Source: Chloroflexota bacterium (GTDB lineage: Bacteria > Chloroflexota > UBA11872 > VXOZ01). Taken from it: a stretch of 64,000 nt of DNA. A program made the translations under genes and the position numbers. The DNA lies in the NCBI GenBank assembly GCA_965221905.1, contig OZ244922.1:2496001-2560000 (forward strand), written 5' to 3'. The notes under the pieces were generated by a model, which did no database searches, was not told the origin of the DNA, and saw only the letters and a list, made by a program, of their open reading frames with translations. This document shows, piece by piece, positions 1-8,404 of this stretch (positions are counted from its first letter, which is position 1; each line of letters opens with the position of its first letter).

Positions 1-1197
1 ACCTTTATCCCGTGCACCTTGACCCGCATCCCCCTCGAGGGCTATCGCGAACACTGTTCGACGAAGACGGTGATCGGCAAACGCTACGCTGAGAATCCGA
101 TTGAGCTCGATATTCCAATCATGATTACGGGCATGAGTTGGGGCGCGCTTTCGTATAACGCAAAAGTAGCGCTGGCCAAAGGCGCGGCTGCCGTTGGCTC
201 CTCGAACACTACCGGCGACGGCGGCATGCTGGAGGCCGAACGTGAGAATAGCAAGACGTTGATCTATGAGGTCTTGCCCTCGCGCTACGGCGTCAGCATC
301 CACCACGCGCGGGCCGCCGACGCCATTGAGTTGACCATCGGCCAGGGGGCGAAGCCGGGCACCGGCGGTCTGCTGCTCGGCTCCAAGGTGTCGGACGTAA
401 TTGCCGCACAACGCGATCTGCCCGTGGGCGTGGATCAGCGCAGTCCGGCCCGCCATCCGGACTTCCTGGGACCCGACGATATGATCATCAAGGTCGAGGA
501 ACTGCGCGAAGCCACCGACTGGAAGGTGCCGATCTTCATTAAGATGGGCGCAACGCGGGTATTCGACGACGTACGCTTGGCGGCAAAAGCGGGTGCCGAT
601 GCGGTGGTTGTGGACGGCATGGAAGGCGGCACCGGCGCATCACCGGAAATGCTCCAGGAGCACACGGGCATTCCAACCCTGGCTGCGGTCTGCGAAGCGC
701 GTGCCGCTCTGGAAGACTTGGGGCTGTATGGCAAAGTGCAACTCATCATTGCCGGCGGAATCCGGCACGGTGTGGATGCAGCCAAAGCGCTCGCGCTTGG
801 CGCGGACGCCGTCTACATCGGCACGTCCGCCCTCATCGCGCTTAATTGTAACCGCTCGCTCTACGTGGAAGATTATGAAAAGCTAGGCACTAAGCCCGGC
901 TTCTGTCACCATTGCCATACCGGACGCTGCCCGGTGGGCATTACGACCCAAGACCCGGAACTCATGAAGCGCCTGCCGATTGATGAAGCTGCCGAACGGG
1001 TTTCCAGCTACCTGCGCGCGATGGTCTCGGAAATGCAGATGCTGGCCCGCGCCTGCGGCAAGGCCGACGTGCACGACCTCGACCCGGACGACCTCCGCGC
1101 TCTGACTTCGGAAGCGTCTATGATCTGCGGCATCCCGCTCGTCGGCACCAACCGCATCGTCGGCGGCGGCCCCGGCTGGGAAGATCGCGGGCACTAG
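1..1197 (+). CDS. mgsC: FMN-binding glutamate synthase family protein, N-methylglutamate synthase subunit C (MgsC/GlxD-like); 5' end lies outside the window
   Basis: GMSWGALS, GQGAKPGTGG, DGMEGGTGA, AGGIRHG and C-terminal CHHCHTGRCPVGITTQDP Fe-S motif. Frame is open from base 1. Clustered with sox/mgd genes and gmaS. Confidence 0.85.
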   Translation, partial: TFIPCTLTRIPLEGYREHCSTKTVIGKRYAENPIELDIPIMITGMSWGALSYNAKVALAKGAAAVGSSNTTGDGGMLEAERENSKTLIYEVLPSRYGVSIHHARAADAIELTIGQGAKPGTGGLLLGSKVSDVIAAQRDLPVGVDQRSPARHPDFLGPDDMIIKVEELREATDWKVPIFIKMGATRVFDDVRLAAKAGADAVVVDGMEGGTGASPEMLQEHTGIPTLAAVCEARAALEDLGLYGKVQLIIAGGIRHGVDAAKALALGADAVYIGTSALIALNCNRSLYVEDYEKLGTKPGFCHHCHTGRCPVGITTQDPELMKRLPIDEAAERVSSYLRAMVSEMQMLARACGKADVHDLDPDDLRALTSEASMICGIPLVGTNRIVGGGPGWEDRGH

Positions 1198-1234
1198 AAG
1201 AATGACATACGCCCCACGAGAGCCGGCAATGACG

Positions 1235-1257
1235 GTAGCGCAGGTTTGCAACCTGCG
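1235..1257 (+). repeat. GTAG-tagged REP-like palindrome, copy 1
   Basis: GTAG-CGCAGGTT-TGC-AACCTGCG perfect hairpin; near-identical copy at 17821-17843. Confidence 0.75.
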
Positions 1258-1333
1258 GGGCCGGTCGATGGCGCCACCGCAACCGCGCATAGTCAGACTA
1301 GAGTTGAAGAGTTAGGCAAGAAAGCCTGCACCT

Positions 1334-2632
1334 ATGGCTATCCGCCGTCTCAAAGTCTCCAACTTCCGCAGCTTCAACGAGCTTGACGTCGAACTCGGCG
1401 ACTTCAACGTGCTTATAGGCGCAAACGCATCAGGAAAGTCGAACTTTGTCGAGGTCTTCCGCTTTCTGAGAGACATCCGCAAGGAAGGCCTGCGCAACGC
1501 AGTAGCGCTGCAAGGCGGTAGCCGCTATGTCCAAAACCTTCGCATAGGTACGACAGAACCGCTAAGCATTGACATTACTGATTTACAAGATGTCGCATAC
1601 GTAGTGATTTCGACTCATGAAGAGGAGACACGGCATTTTGTTCGTGTCAATGAAATGAGCTATGGTTTCTCGCTTGACTCTCCAGCAAAGGGCCATGGCC
1701 CACATGCTGACAACTGGAGTATAAAACGTGATAGCATTGCGCGAGGCTTCTCCGTATATCCTAATCGGGCAAGAGACGACAATAGTGCCAATGCGAAAAA
1801 ATTGATTGGCACGTTAGAATTCTCGGCTTGGCGGGAGAAAGATGTCCTGAATCGGGCGTATCGCGGAGACTCCTCCCTCATCGAACTCCTAAACCAGAAA
1901 GAGGACGTTGGACACTTTGACTCGGACTTGTTTCCGAAGGATTCGTTGCTCTTAGAGTCCAGGTTATTTACTTATCTGCTCACGGGGAAATTGGGTCCGC
2001 CGTTTAGCACAATACGTGATCCAGGCATCTTCCGTACTGACGCAAGAGCATCCCGGCAGACCCAGACGGTGCGGGCATCTGCGGCACTCACCGAAAGCGC
2101 TTCGAATCTTGCGCCGGTTCTAGATCGAATCCTCTCCGATGGGAGTTCGCGCAAGACATTTCTAAACCTTGTCAGATACCTCTTGCCGTTTATCAATGAC
2201 ATAAGTGTTGAGAACCTAACAGATGAGTCTTCCTTGCTTTATGTGAAGGAGGCCTTCACGGATGAGACGCAACTCTACGCCGGTATGATGTCCGAAGGGA
2301 CAATCGCCGCTATCGCGCTCGTTGTTGCCCTCTACTTTGAGGAAAACTCTCTTCTGATATTTGAGGATCCTGACCGGGGCATGCATCCCAAACTCATGTC
2401 CCGCGTGGTGGATATGATGAAAGAGGTGTCCAAGGAGAAGCAAATCATCATCACGACACATCATCCTGAGATGGTGCGCTACGCCGGCGTCGATAACCTC
2501 CTATTCGTTTCTCGTGACAAGGATGGCTTCTCACAAATTTCGCGCCCGGCTGACAAAACAATGGTCAAGCAATTCCTTGCCAACGACATTGGCCTGGATC
2601 AGCTTTACGTTGATGACTTACTGGAAGTCTGA
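1334..2632 (+). CDS. ABC-type (AAA_15/AAA_21-like) ATPase, putative defence component
   Basis: N-terminal NFRSF, Walker A GANASGKS, signature MSEGT, Walker B/D-loop LLIFEDPDRGMHP, H-loop TTHHP. Visibly more AT-rich than its neighbours. Confidence 0.85.
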   Translation: MAIRRLKVSNFRSFNELDVELGDFNVLIGANASGKSNFVEVFRFLRDIRKEGLRNAVALQGGSRYVQNLRIGTTEPLSIDITDLQDVAYVVISTHEEETRHFVRVNEMSYGFSLDSPAKGHGPHADNWSIKRDSIARGFSVYPNRARDDNSANAKKLIGTLEFSAWREKDVLNRAYRGDSSLIELLNQKEDVGHFDSDLFPKDSLLLESRLFTYLLTGKLGPPFSTIRDPGIFRTDARASRQTQTVRASAALTESASNLAPVLDRILSDGSSRKTFLNLVRYLLPFINDISVENLTDESSLLYVKEAFTDETQLYAGMMSEGTIAAIALVVALYFEENSLLIFEDPDRGMHPKLMSRVVDMMKEVSKEKQIIITTHHPEMVRYAGVDNLLFVSRDKDGFSQISRPADKTMVKQFLANDIGLDQLYVDDLLEV

Positions 2633-2635
2633 GGA

Positions 2636-3175
2636 ATGCTCAAGATATTGTTCGTCTGGCTCGAGGGGCCTTCTGACGAACAGTTCTTTGAGGGTACTCT
2701 TGAACCGATTCTTAATAGCAGGTACGTATCGATACACAAGATTCCCTTTGCAGAACGGTCTACTATCTCCATAAACAAGAAGCTACGTGAGGTAGTGCGC
2801 TCCAATGTAATTCTGGATTACCTGTGGTGCGCGGATCTAGACCCAGACCAATACCCTTGTGTGACAGAAAAAAAGCGCGCAGAGATTTGCAGGCATCCGC
2901 TCTTGAAACCGGATAGAATTGCGGTAGTGTCACCTGAAATCGAAGCCTGGTACCTCGCCGGATTAGATAGTGAAGCATGTCAAGCGCTGGGCATACCGGA
3001 GTACCAAAACACTAATTCCATAACCAAAGAGAAGTTCAAGCAACTCTTGCCAAATGCGTACAGATCCGAAATTGACTTTAGAACAGAAGTCCTCAAGAGA
3101 TTCTCATTGGACATTGCAAAGAGAAAGAACGAATCGTTCGCGTATTTTTGCAAAAGACATCTCGAGGTAACATGA
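2636..3175 (+). CDS. TOPRIM-like (DUF4276/RloB/DUF4435-like) partner of the ATPase
   Basis: LEGPSDEQF (EGxxD), ADLD (DxD) and EIEAWYL motifs; starts 3 bp after the ATPase stop. Confidence 0.7.
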   Translation: MLKILFVWLEGPSDEQFFEGTLEPILNSRYVSIHKIPFAERSTISINKKLREVVRSNVILDYLWCADLDPDQYPCVTEKKRAEICRHPLLKPDRIAVVSPEIEAWYLAGLDSEACQALGIPEYQNTNSITKEKFKQLLPNAYRSEIDFRTEVLKRFSLDIAKRKNESFAYFCKRHLEVT

Positions 3176-3263
3176 GCGCAGCGATAGCACCATTGACACT
3201 TTGCTACTATCCGCCTTCATCCTCCGATGGCGGGCAATTTTGTAGCTAGTGCTCGGAGTTTGC

Positions 3264-3524
3264 ATGTCTTTCCTAATCCCATGTCCCAACTGCGGCAAGC
3301 GGAGCGTCTACGAGTTTCGCTTTGGCGGTGAGGTGAAATCGCGGCCGGAAGCGGGGTCGAGTGACGAGGCGTGGCTTGGCTACAGCTACGCGATCTCGAA
3401 CCGCAATCACTCTCAGAAGGAATGGTGGTTTCACACGTACGGCTGCCGCCAGTGGCTCTTTGCCGTACGCGATACGCTGACCAATGACGTGACTGAGACA
3501 AGCTTGCCCGAGGAGGCGTCGTGA
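3264..3524 (+). CDS. soxD: Sarcosine oxidase delta-like / N-methylglutamate dehydrogenase small subunit
   Basis: IPCPNCGKRSVYEFRFGGE and EWWFHTYGCRQW Zn-binding motifs; ATG 3264 follows GGAG. Confidence 0.88.
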   Translation: MSFLIPCPNCGKRSVYEFRFGGEVKSRPEAGSSDEAWLGYSYAISNRNHSQKEWWFHTYGCRQWLFAVRDTLTNDVTETSLPEEAS

Positions 3525-6295
3525 GCACGGATTCCGACGCCCGTCATTCCCGCGAAAGCGGGAATCCATCTTCGGCCCCCTCGGAGTGTAACGGGCAATC
3601 CGCCGTTACCTTCTCTTACAACGGCAAGCCCGTCGAAGCCCAAGCCAACGACACCGTGGCTTCGGCGCTCTACCGTTCGGGTCAGCGCATCTTCAGCCGC
3701 AGCTTCAAGTACCATCGCCCGCGCGGCCTGCTCTGTGCGGCGGGCAGATGTCCCAACTGCATGATGAACGTGGATGGCACGCCCAACGTGCGCGCCTGTA
3801 CCCAGCCGGTGCAAGAGGGTATGCAGGTCACCCACCAGAACGCCTACCCCTCCTTAGAAACCGATTTCATGGCTGTTGCCGAACGCTTTGCGTGGGCGAT
3901 GCCGGTGGGGTTCTATTACAAGACGTTTACGCATCCGTGGATGTGGCACCTTGCCGAGCCCTTGATCCGGCGGGCGGCCGGCCTTGGCAAGATCGACCGC
4001 GACCTTAAACCGAATCCGGACCACCCGTACGAGCACGTGTTCCAGCACACCACCACCGCCGTAGTCGGCGGCGGACCGCATGGGATACAAGCCGCCCTCG
4101 ACGCTGCAGAGCAGGGCGAGAAGGTCGTCCTGATCAACGACCAGCCGGCATTGGGCGGTCACCTGCGCTATTCAGAATCCAGCAGCGACGCCTCGAATGC
4201 AGCCTCGATGCCGGATTCCTCCTCACTTGAAAATTCTGGTGAAGACCATACCGCTCTAGTCCAGCGCGTGCTGGAGAACTCCAACATCACCGTCTTTGCC
4301 AATGCCACCTGTTTCGGTCTCTACGAGGGTAGTCTCCTGGGCATTGTCCATCGGACTCCGGATTCCACCGTCCCACAACGTCTCACGCAACTACGTACCG
4401 AGCGCATCGTCGTCGCCACCGGTGCTCATGAAATCCCGCTGCTATTCGAAAACAACGATCTACCCGGCGTTATGCTGAGCAGCGGCGCCCTGCGCCTCAT
4501 CGGACTTCACAGCGTCAAGCCGGGAGAACGCGCCGTCATCGTTGGTAGCCAAGAGTCCGCAGCGCCAATTGCAGAAACCCTAGAGTCCGCAGGCATTGAG
4601 ATTGTCAGCGTCGTTTCGCCAGATCAGGTCGTCAAAGCTATCGGTCGCAAGCATGTATCGGGTCTCCAGACGACCGATCAGCGGTTGGCATGCGATCTCG
4701 TCGTCATGTGTGGCGACTGGGTGCCGGACGCAGGATTAGTCGCACAAGCCGGCGGCAACGTTGAATGGGATGAGGAACGGGCCGTATTTGTCACGAGTGG
4801 GTTGCCGGATGGTGTTTCGGCAGTAGGAGCGGTGACCGGCGAATTGCTGCCTCCTGCCTCAGGCCTTTCCCAAGGAACCGAGTCGAACGCGAAGAAGGTC
4901 TTCGTTTGCCCCTGTGAGGACGTTTCGCTCCACGACCTGCGCACGGCAATCGACGAAGGCTTCGATCACATTGAAACGCTCAAGCGCTACACGACCACCA
5001 CCATGGGCCCGTGCCAGGGCAAGATGTGCCACCAGGCGGCCATCAGTATCTGCGCCCAGCAGACCGAGCAGACCATCCAAGAGACCGGCAGAACTATCTC
5101 GCGGCCACCGACCTCTCCCGTGCCGCTCGGAGCACTGGCCGGACCCCACATGCATCCGGTCAAACGCACACCGATGCACGTCAAACACGATGAGATCGGT
5201 TGCGTCTGGATGGACATGGGCGAATGGAAACGCCCGCTCTATTACGGCACGCCGGACAGCAAAAAAGATTCGGTGGAGCAAGAATACTGGGCGGTGCGGC
5301 AGCGCGTCGGCCTGATCGACTTGAGCACCCTCGGCAAGCTCGAAATCGTCGGCCGGGATGCCGGCAAGCTCCTAGACAAGGTGTACACAAATCGCTTCTC
5401 CGATCTGCGCGTGGGACGTGCGCGCTACGGCGTAATCTGCGATGAGACAGGCATTATCCTGGACGACGGTACCGTTTCCCGTCTCGCCGCAGACCACTAC
5501 TTCATTACCACCACCACCGGCAACATCGAGTTCGTGCACGAGTGGCTGGAATGGTGGCTTGCCGGTAGCGGTTGGTGCGTGCACATCACCAACGTCACGG
5601 GCGGCATGGGCGCGGTAAACGTGGCCGGTCCCAAAGCCCGTGAGACACTCGCCAAACTGACGGAACGAGACCTCAGCAACAAACGTTTCGGCTACATGCG
5701 CTGCCGCAAAGCCGACGTGGCGGGTGTGCCGAGCCTCATGCTGCGCATCGGCTTCGTGGGCGAGACCGGCTGGGAGATTCACTTTCCGGCGGAATTCGGC
5801 GAACACGTGTGGGACTCCATCATGGAAGCCGGTAAGGAGTTCGATATTCGGCCTTTTGGTGTTGAAACGCAACGGGTGCTCCGACTCGAAAAGAAGCACG
5901 TCATCGTAAGTGTGGATACCGATGCAACCAGCAATCCAATCGAATCGGACATGGCGTGGGTCGCCAAACTCGACAAGGACGATTTCATCGGCAAGGCGGC
6001 TATCAGCCGCGCCAAAGACCGCGCCCCCCGCGAGAAGCTTGTAGGTTTCGTCATGGATGAGGACATCTTGCCGCCGGATGGCGCTGTCATTATTGCGGAC
6101 GACCGGCCGGCGGGACGCATAACCAGCGTCCGTTACTCACCGGTAAATGAGAAGGTAATCGGCCTCGCCTGGGTAGCAGCCGATCTTGCAACCGCAGGCC
6201 AAGCCATCACGATGCGCGTCGACGGGCGTCCGGTTACTGCCAGTATTGTGGATGAACCCTTCTACGATCCCGCCCAGAAACGGCTGCGCCTGTAA
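3521..6295 (+). CDS. soxA: Sarcosine oxidase alpha-like / N-methylglutamate dehydrogenase large subunit
   Basis: SRSFKYHRPRG, CAAGRCPNC, LKRYTTTTMGPCQGK and a GcvT-like C-terminal half. GTG overlaps the soxD stop and follows GAGGAGG. Confidence 0.9.
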   Translation: MSTDSDARHSRESGNPSSAPSECNGQSAVTFSYNGKPVEAQANDTVASALYRSGQRIFSRSFKYHRPRGLLCAAGRCPNCMMNVDGTPNVRACTQPVQEGMQVTHQNAYPSLETDFMAVAERFAWAMPVGFYYKTFTHPWMWHLAEPLIRRAAGLGKIDRDLKPNPDHPYEHVFQHTTTAVVGGGPHGIQAALDAAEQGEKVVLINDQPALGGHLRYSESSSDASNAASMPDSSSLENSGEDHTALVQRVLENSNITVFANATCFGLYEGSLLGIVHRTPDSTVPQRLTQLRTERIVVATGAHEIPLLFENNDLPGVMLSSGALRLIGLHSVKPGERAVIVGSQESAAPIAETLESAGIEIVSVVSPDQVVKAIGRKHVSGLQTTDQRLACDLVVMCGDWVPDAGLVAQAGGNVEWDEERAVFVTSGLPDGVSAVGAVTGELLPPASGLSQGTESNAKKVFVCPCEDVSLHDLRTAIDEGFDHIETLKRYTTTTMGPCQGKMCHQAAISICAQQTEQTIQETGRTISRPPTSPVPLGALAGPHMHPVKRTPMHVKHDEIGCVWMDMGEWKRPLYYGTPDSKKDSVEQEYWAVRQRVGLIDLSTLGKLEIVGRDAGKLLDKVYTNRFSDLRVGRARYGVICDETGIILDDGTVSRLAADHYFITTTTGNIEFVHEWLEWWLAGSGWCVHITNVTGGMGAVNVAGPKARETLAKLTERDLSNKRFGYMRCRKADVAGVPSLMLRIGFVGETGWEIHFPAEFGEHVWDSIMEAGKEFDIRPFGVETQRVLRLEKKHVIVSVDTDATSNPIESDMAWVAKLDKDDFIGKAAISRAKDRAPREKLVGFVMDEDILPPDGAVIIADDRPAGRITSVRYSPVNEKVIGLAWVAADLATAGQAITMRVDGRPVTASIVDEPFYDPAQKRLRL
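3542..3568 (+). repeat. CGTC-tagged REP-like palindrome lying in frame within the soxA 5' end
   Basis: CGTC-ATTCCCGC-GAAA-GCGGGAAT-CCA; encodes RHSRESGNP. Confidence 0.75.
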
Positions 6296-6297
6296 TC

Positions 6298-7122
6298 ATG
6301 ACCATGAAAGCACCGCTTAGACAGTCCCCGCTCCATAACGTTTCCCACAAACTGGGCGCAACAATAGCTGCCTTCCAGGGCTGGCAAGTCCCTACAACCT
6401 TCAGCAACGCCCAGGCGGAATTGGAGGTGCTCAAAACGGGCGTGGGACTGGCCGACGTTAGCTGGCTCGGCAAACTGGAACTGAAAGGCCCGGAGGAGGA
6501 GCTGCAAGCGTTCGCTGTACCGGAGGGAGAGGTCTGGCATCTGGCCCGGGGACACCGTCTCATTACCTGTGACCCAGGTCAAGAAGTCGCTATCTCCGAG
6601 GCAATTGCGCACCGTATCGCACAGGTCGAGGCCGCCAATGCGGGCAACGCTCTGGATTCCCACGACGAATCGTCTGGCGACAATTCAAACGTTCGCCCTG
6701 AGCCTGTCGAAGGGCCGTCCGTTCATGGTTCGACAAGCTCACCGCGAACGGACACATCAGCGGCCCCCAACTATAAGGTGACTTCGTCGAGTGTGCCATG
6801 CCTCCATCTGGCCGACGTAACCTCCGTCTACACCGGATTGCTGCTTGCCGGACCCACCAGTCGTGACGTTCTGCAGAGACTGACAGCGCCCGAAATATCC
6901 GATACCGCACTAGCAAACGGCTCTAGCATCAGCGCCAGAGTAGCGGGAATCCACACGAGAGTATTGCGACGTGACTGCGATGAACTACTCGCATTCTGGC
7001 TGCTCGTCGGCACCGAATACGCCGAGTACGCATGGGATGTGATCATGCACGCCGGACGTCAGTTCGGCATAATGCCTGTAGGCAGCGAAGCAGTACACCG
7101 CGCGCGTAGAGGTGACCCGTGA
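6298..7122 (+). CDS. soxG: Sarcosine oxidase gamma-like / aminomethyltransferase-fold subunit with an internal insertion
   Basis: RQSPLH, LADVSWLGKLELKGP and EYAEYAWDVIMHAG GcvT-like motifs; operon position. Confidence 0.75.
   Translation: MTMKAPLRQSPLHNVSHKLGATIAAFQGWQVPTTFSNAQAELEVLKTGVGLADVSWLGKLELKGPEEELQAFAVPEGEVWHLARGHRLITCDPGQEVAISEAIAHRIAQVEAANAGNALDSHDESSGDNSNVRPEPVEGPSVHGSTSSPRTDTSAAPNYKVTSSSVPCLHLADVTSVYTGLLLAGPTSRDVLQRLTAPEISDTALANGSSISARVAGIHTRVLRRDCDELLAFWLLVGTEYAEYAWDVIMHAGRQFGIMPVGSEAVHRARRGDP
6690..6751 (+). repeat. Inverted pair of CGTTCG-type palindromic repeats lying in frame within soxG
   Basis: CGTTCGCCCTGAGCCTGTCGAAGGGC (6690-6715) is the exact reverse complement of 24726-24751; partner TGGTTCGACAAGCTCACCGCGAACGG at 6726-6751. 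Confidence 0.85.
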
Positions 7123-8384
7123 TCCAGTTGTTTCGTAAAGAGCGCATGTGGCACACGCATGAGCTTAAGCGGAGCTACGACGTCGTTATCATTGGTGCCG
7201 GCGTGCACGGACTTGCCACGGCATACTACTTAGGCAAAGACCACGGAATCACAAACGTGGCGGTGCTGGAAAAGCGGTATCTCGGCGCCGGCAACTCCGG
7301 TCGCAATACTGCCATCATCCGCGCCAATTACCGCACGCCGGAAGGAGTCCCCTTCTTTGCGCGCTCGTTGGAGCTCTATGAAGACCTATCTCGCGAACTC
7401 GCATGGAATCTGCTCTTCAACCAGTGCGGCCACTTGACACTGGCCCACACCGACTCTTCGGTTGACGGCTTGCGCGTGCGGGCCGAGACCAACCAGATCA
7501 TGGGCGTGGACAGCCGCGTCATCTATCCGGAAGAAATTCAGAAGCTTGTGCCCGCTCTTGACATGAGCGATCGTCCGCGCCTTCCTGTGCTGGCCGCACT
7601 CTATCATCCGCCGGGGGGCATCATCCGCCACGACGCGGTGATTTGGGGCTACGCCCGTGCCTGCGACCGCATGGGCATTGAGGTTCACCCTTTTACGGAA
7701 GCCACAGGAATCGGCATCAACGGCTCAACTGCGCACGATTATGCGAACGCGCCACAGGGCATCAACACGCCGGACGGCAAGATAACCACCGTGGAAACTA
7801 CCAACGGTACAATTGCCACCGGCACCGTAATAAACTGCGCCGCAGGTTGGGCAACGGTAGTTTCCCGGATGGCCGGTGTCGCACTGCCGATCGTGACCCA
7901 GCCCTTACAGGCCTGCGTCACGGAGCCGCTCAAGCCGTTTCTCGACAAGGTGATCGTCTCGGCAAATCTGCACGTATACGTCAGCCAAACTGACCGGGGT
8001 GACTTTGTCATGGGCGCTGAGGTAGACCCGCTTCAGTCCTATAGCATGTTGGGCACGCTCCCCACATTGGAACAGATGGCCACCTACACCCTGGAACTCT
8101 TTCCACAATTGCATAATGTAAGCGTATTGCGGCAGTGGGCCGGTATTTGCGATATGACTCCCGACTTTTCACCAATTATTGGAACGGTAGAGGGACTTGA
8201 AGGCTATCATCTCGACGTGGGTTGGGGCACCTACGGATTCAAAGCCGGCCCCGTGGCCGGAAAGTACCTTGCGGAACTCATCGCCACCGGCGAGACGCCG
8301 AGGCTTTTAGAGCCGTTTGCGCTGTCACGATTCCGCGATGAGACCCTGGTGGGAGAAAAAGCAGCAGCAGCAGTGTCACACTAG
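7119..8384 (+). CDS. soxB: Sarcosine oxidase beta-like / N-methylglutamate dehydrogenase FAD subunit
   Basis: GAGVHGLATAYYL, GNSGRNTAIIRANY, RHDAVIWGYAR, GWGTYGFKAGP and C-terminal AAAVSH. Confidence 0.9.
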   Translation: MIQLFRKERMWHTHELKRSYDVVIIGAGVHGLATAYYLGKDHGITNVAVLEKRYLGAGNSGRNTAIIRANYRTPEGVPFFARSLELYEDLSRELAWNLLFNQCGHLTLAHTDSSVDGLRVRAETNQIMGVDSRVIYPEEIQKLVPALDMSDRPRLPVLAALYHPPGGIIRHDAVIWGYARACDRMGIEVHPFTEATGIGINGSTAHDYANAPQGINTPDGKITTVETTNGTIATGTVINCAAGWATVVSRMAGVALPIVTQPLQACVTEPLKPFLDKVIVSANLHVYVSQTDRGDFVMGAEVDPLQSYSMLGTLPTLEQMATYTLELFPQLHNVSVLRQWAGICDMTPDFSPIIGTVEGLEGYHLDVGWGTYGFKAGPVAGKYLAELIATGETPRLLEPFALSRFRDETLVGEKAAAAVSH

Positions 8385-8404
8385 CAAGAGAGGGAGGAAC
8401 ACCC

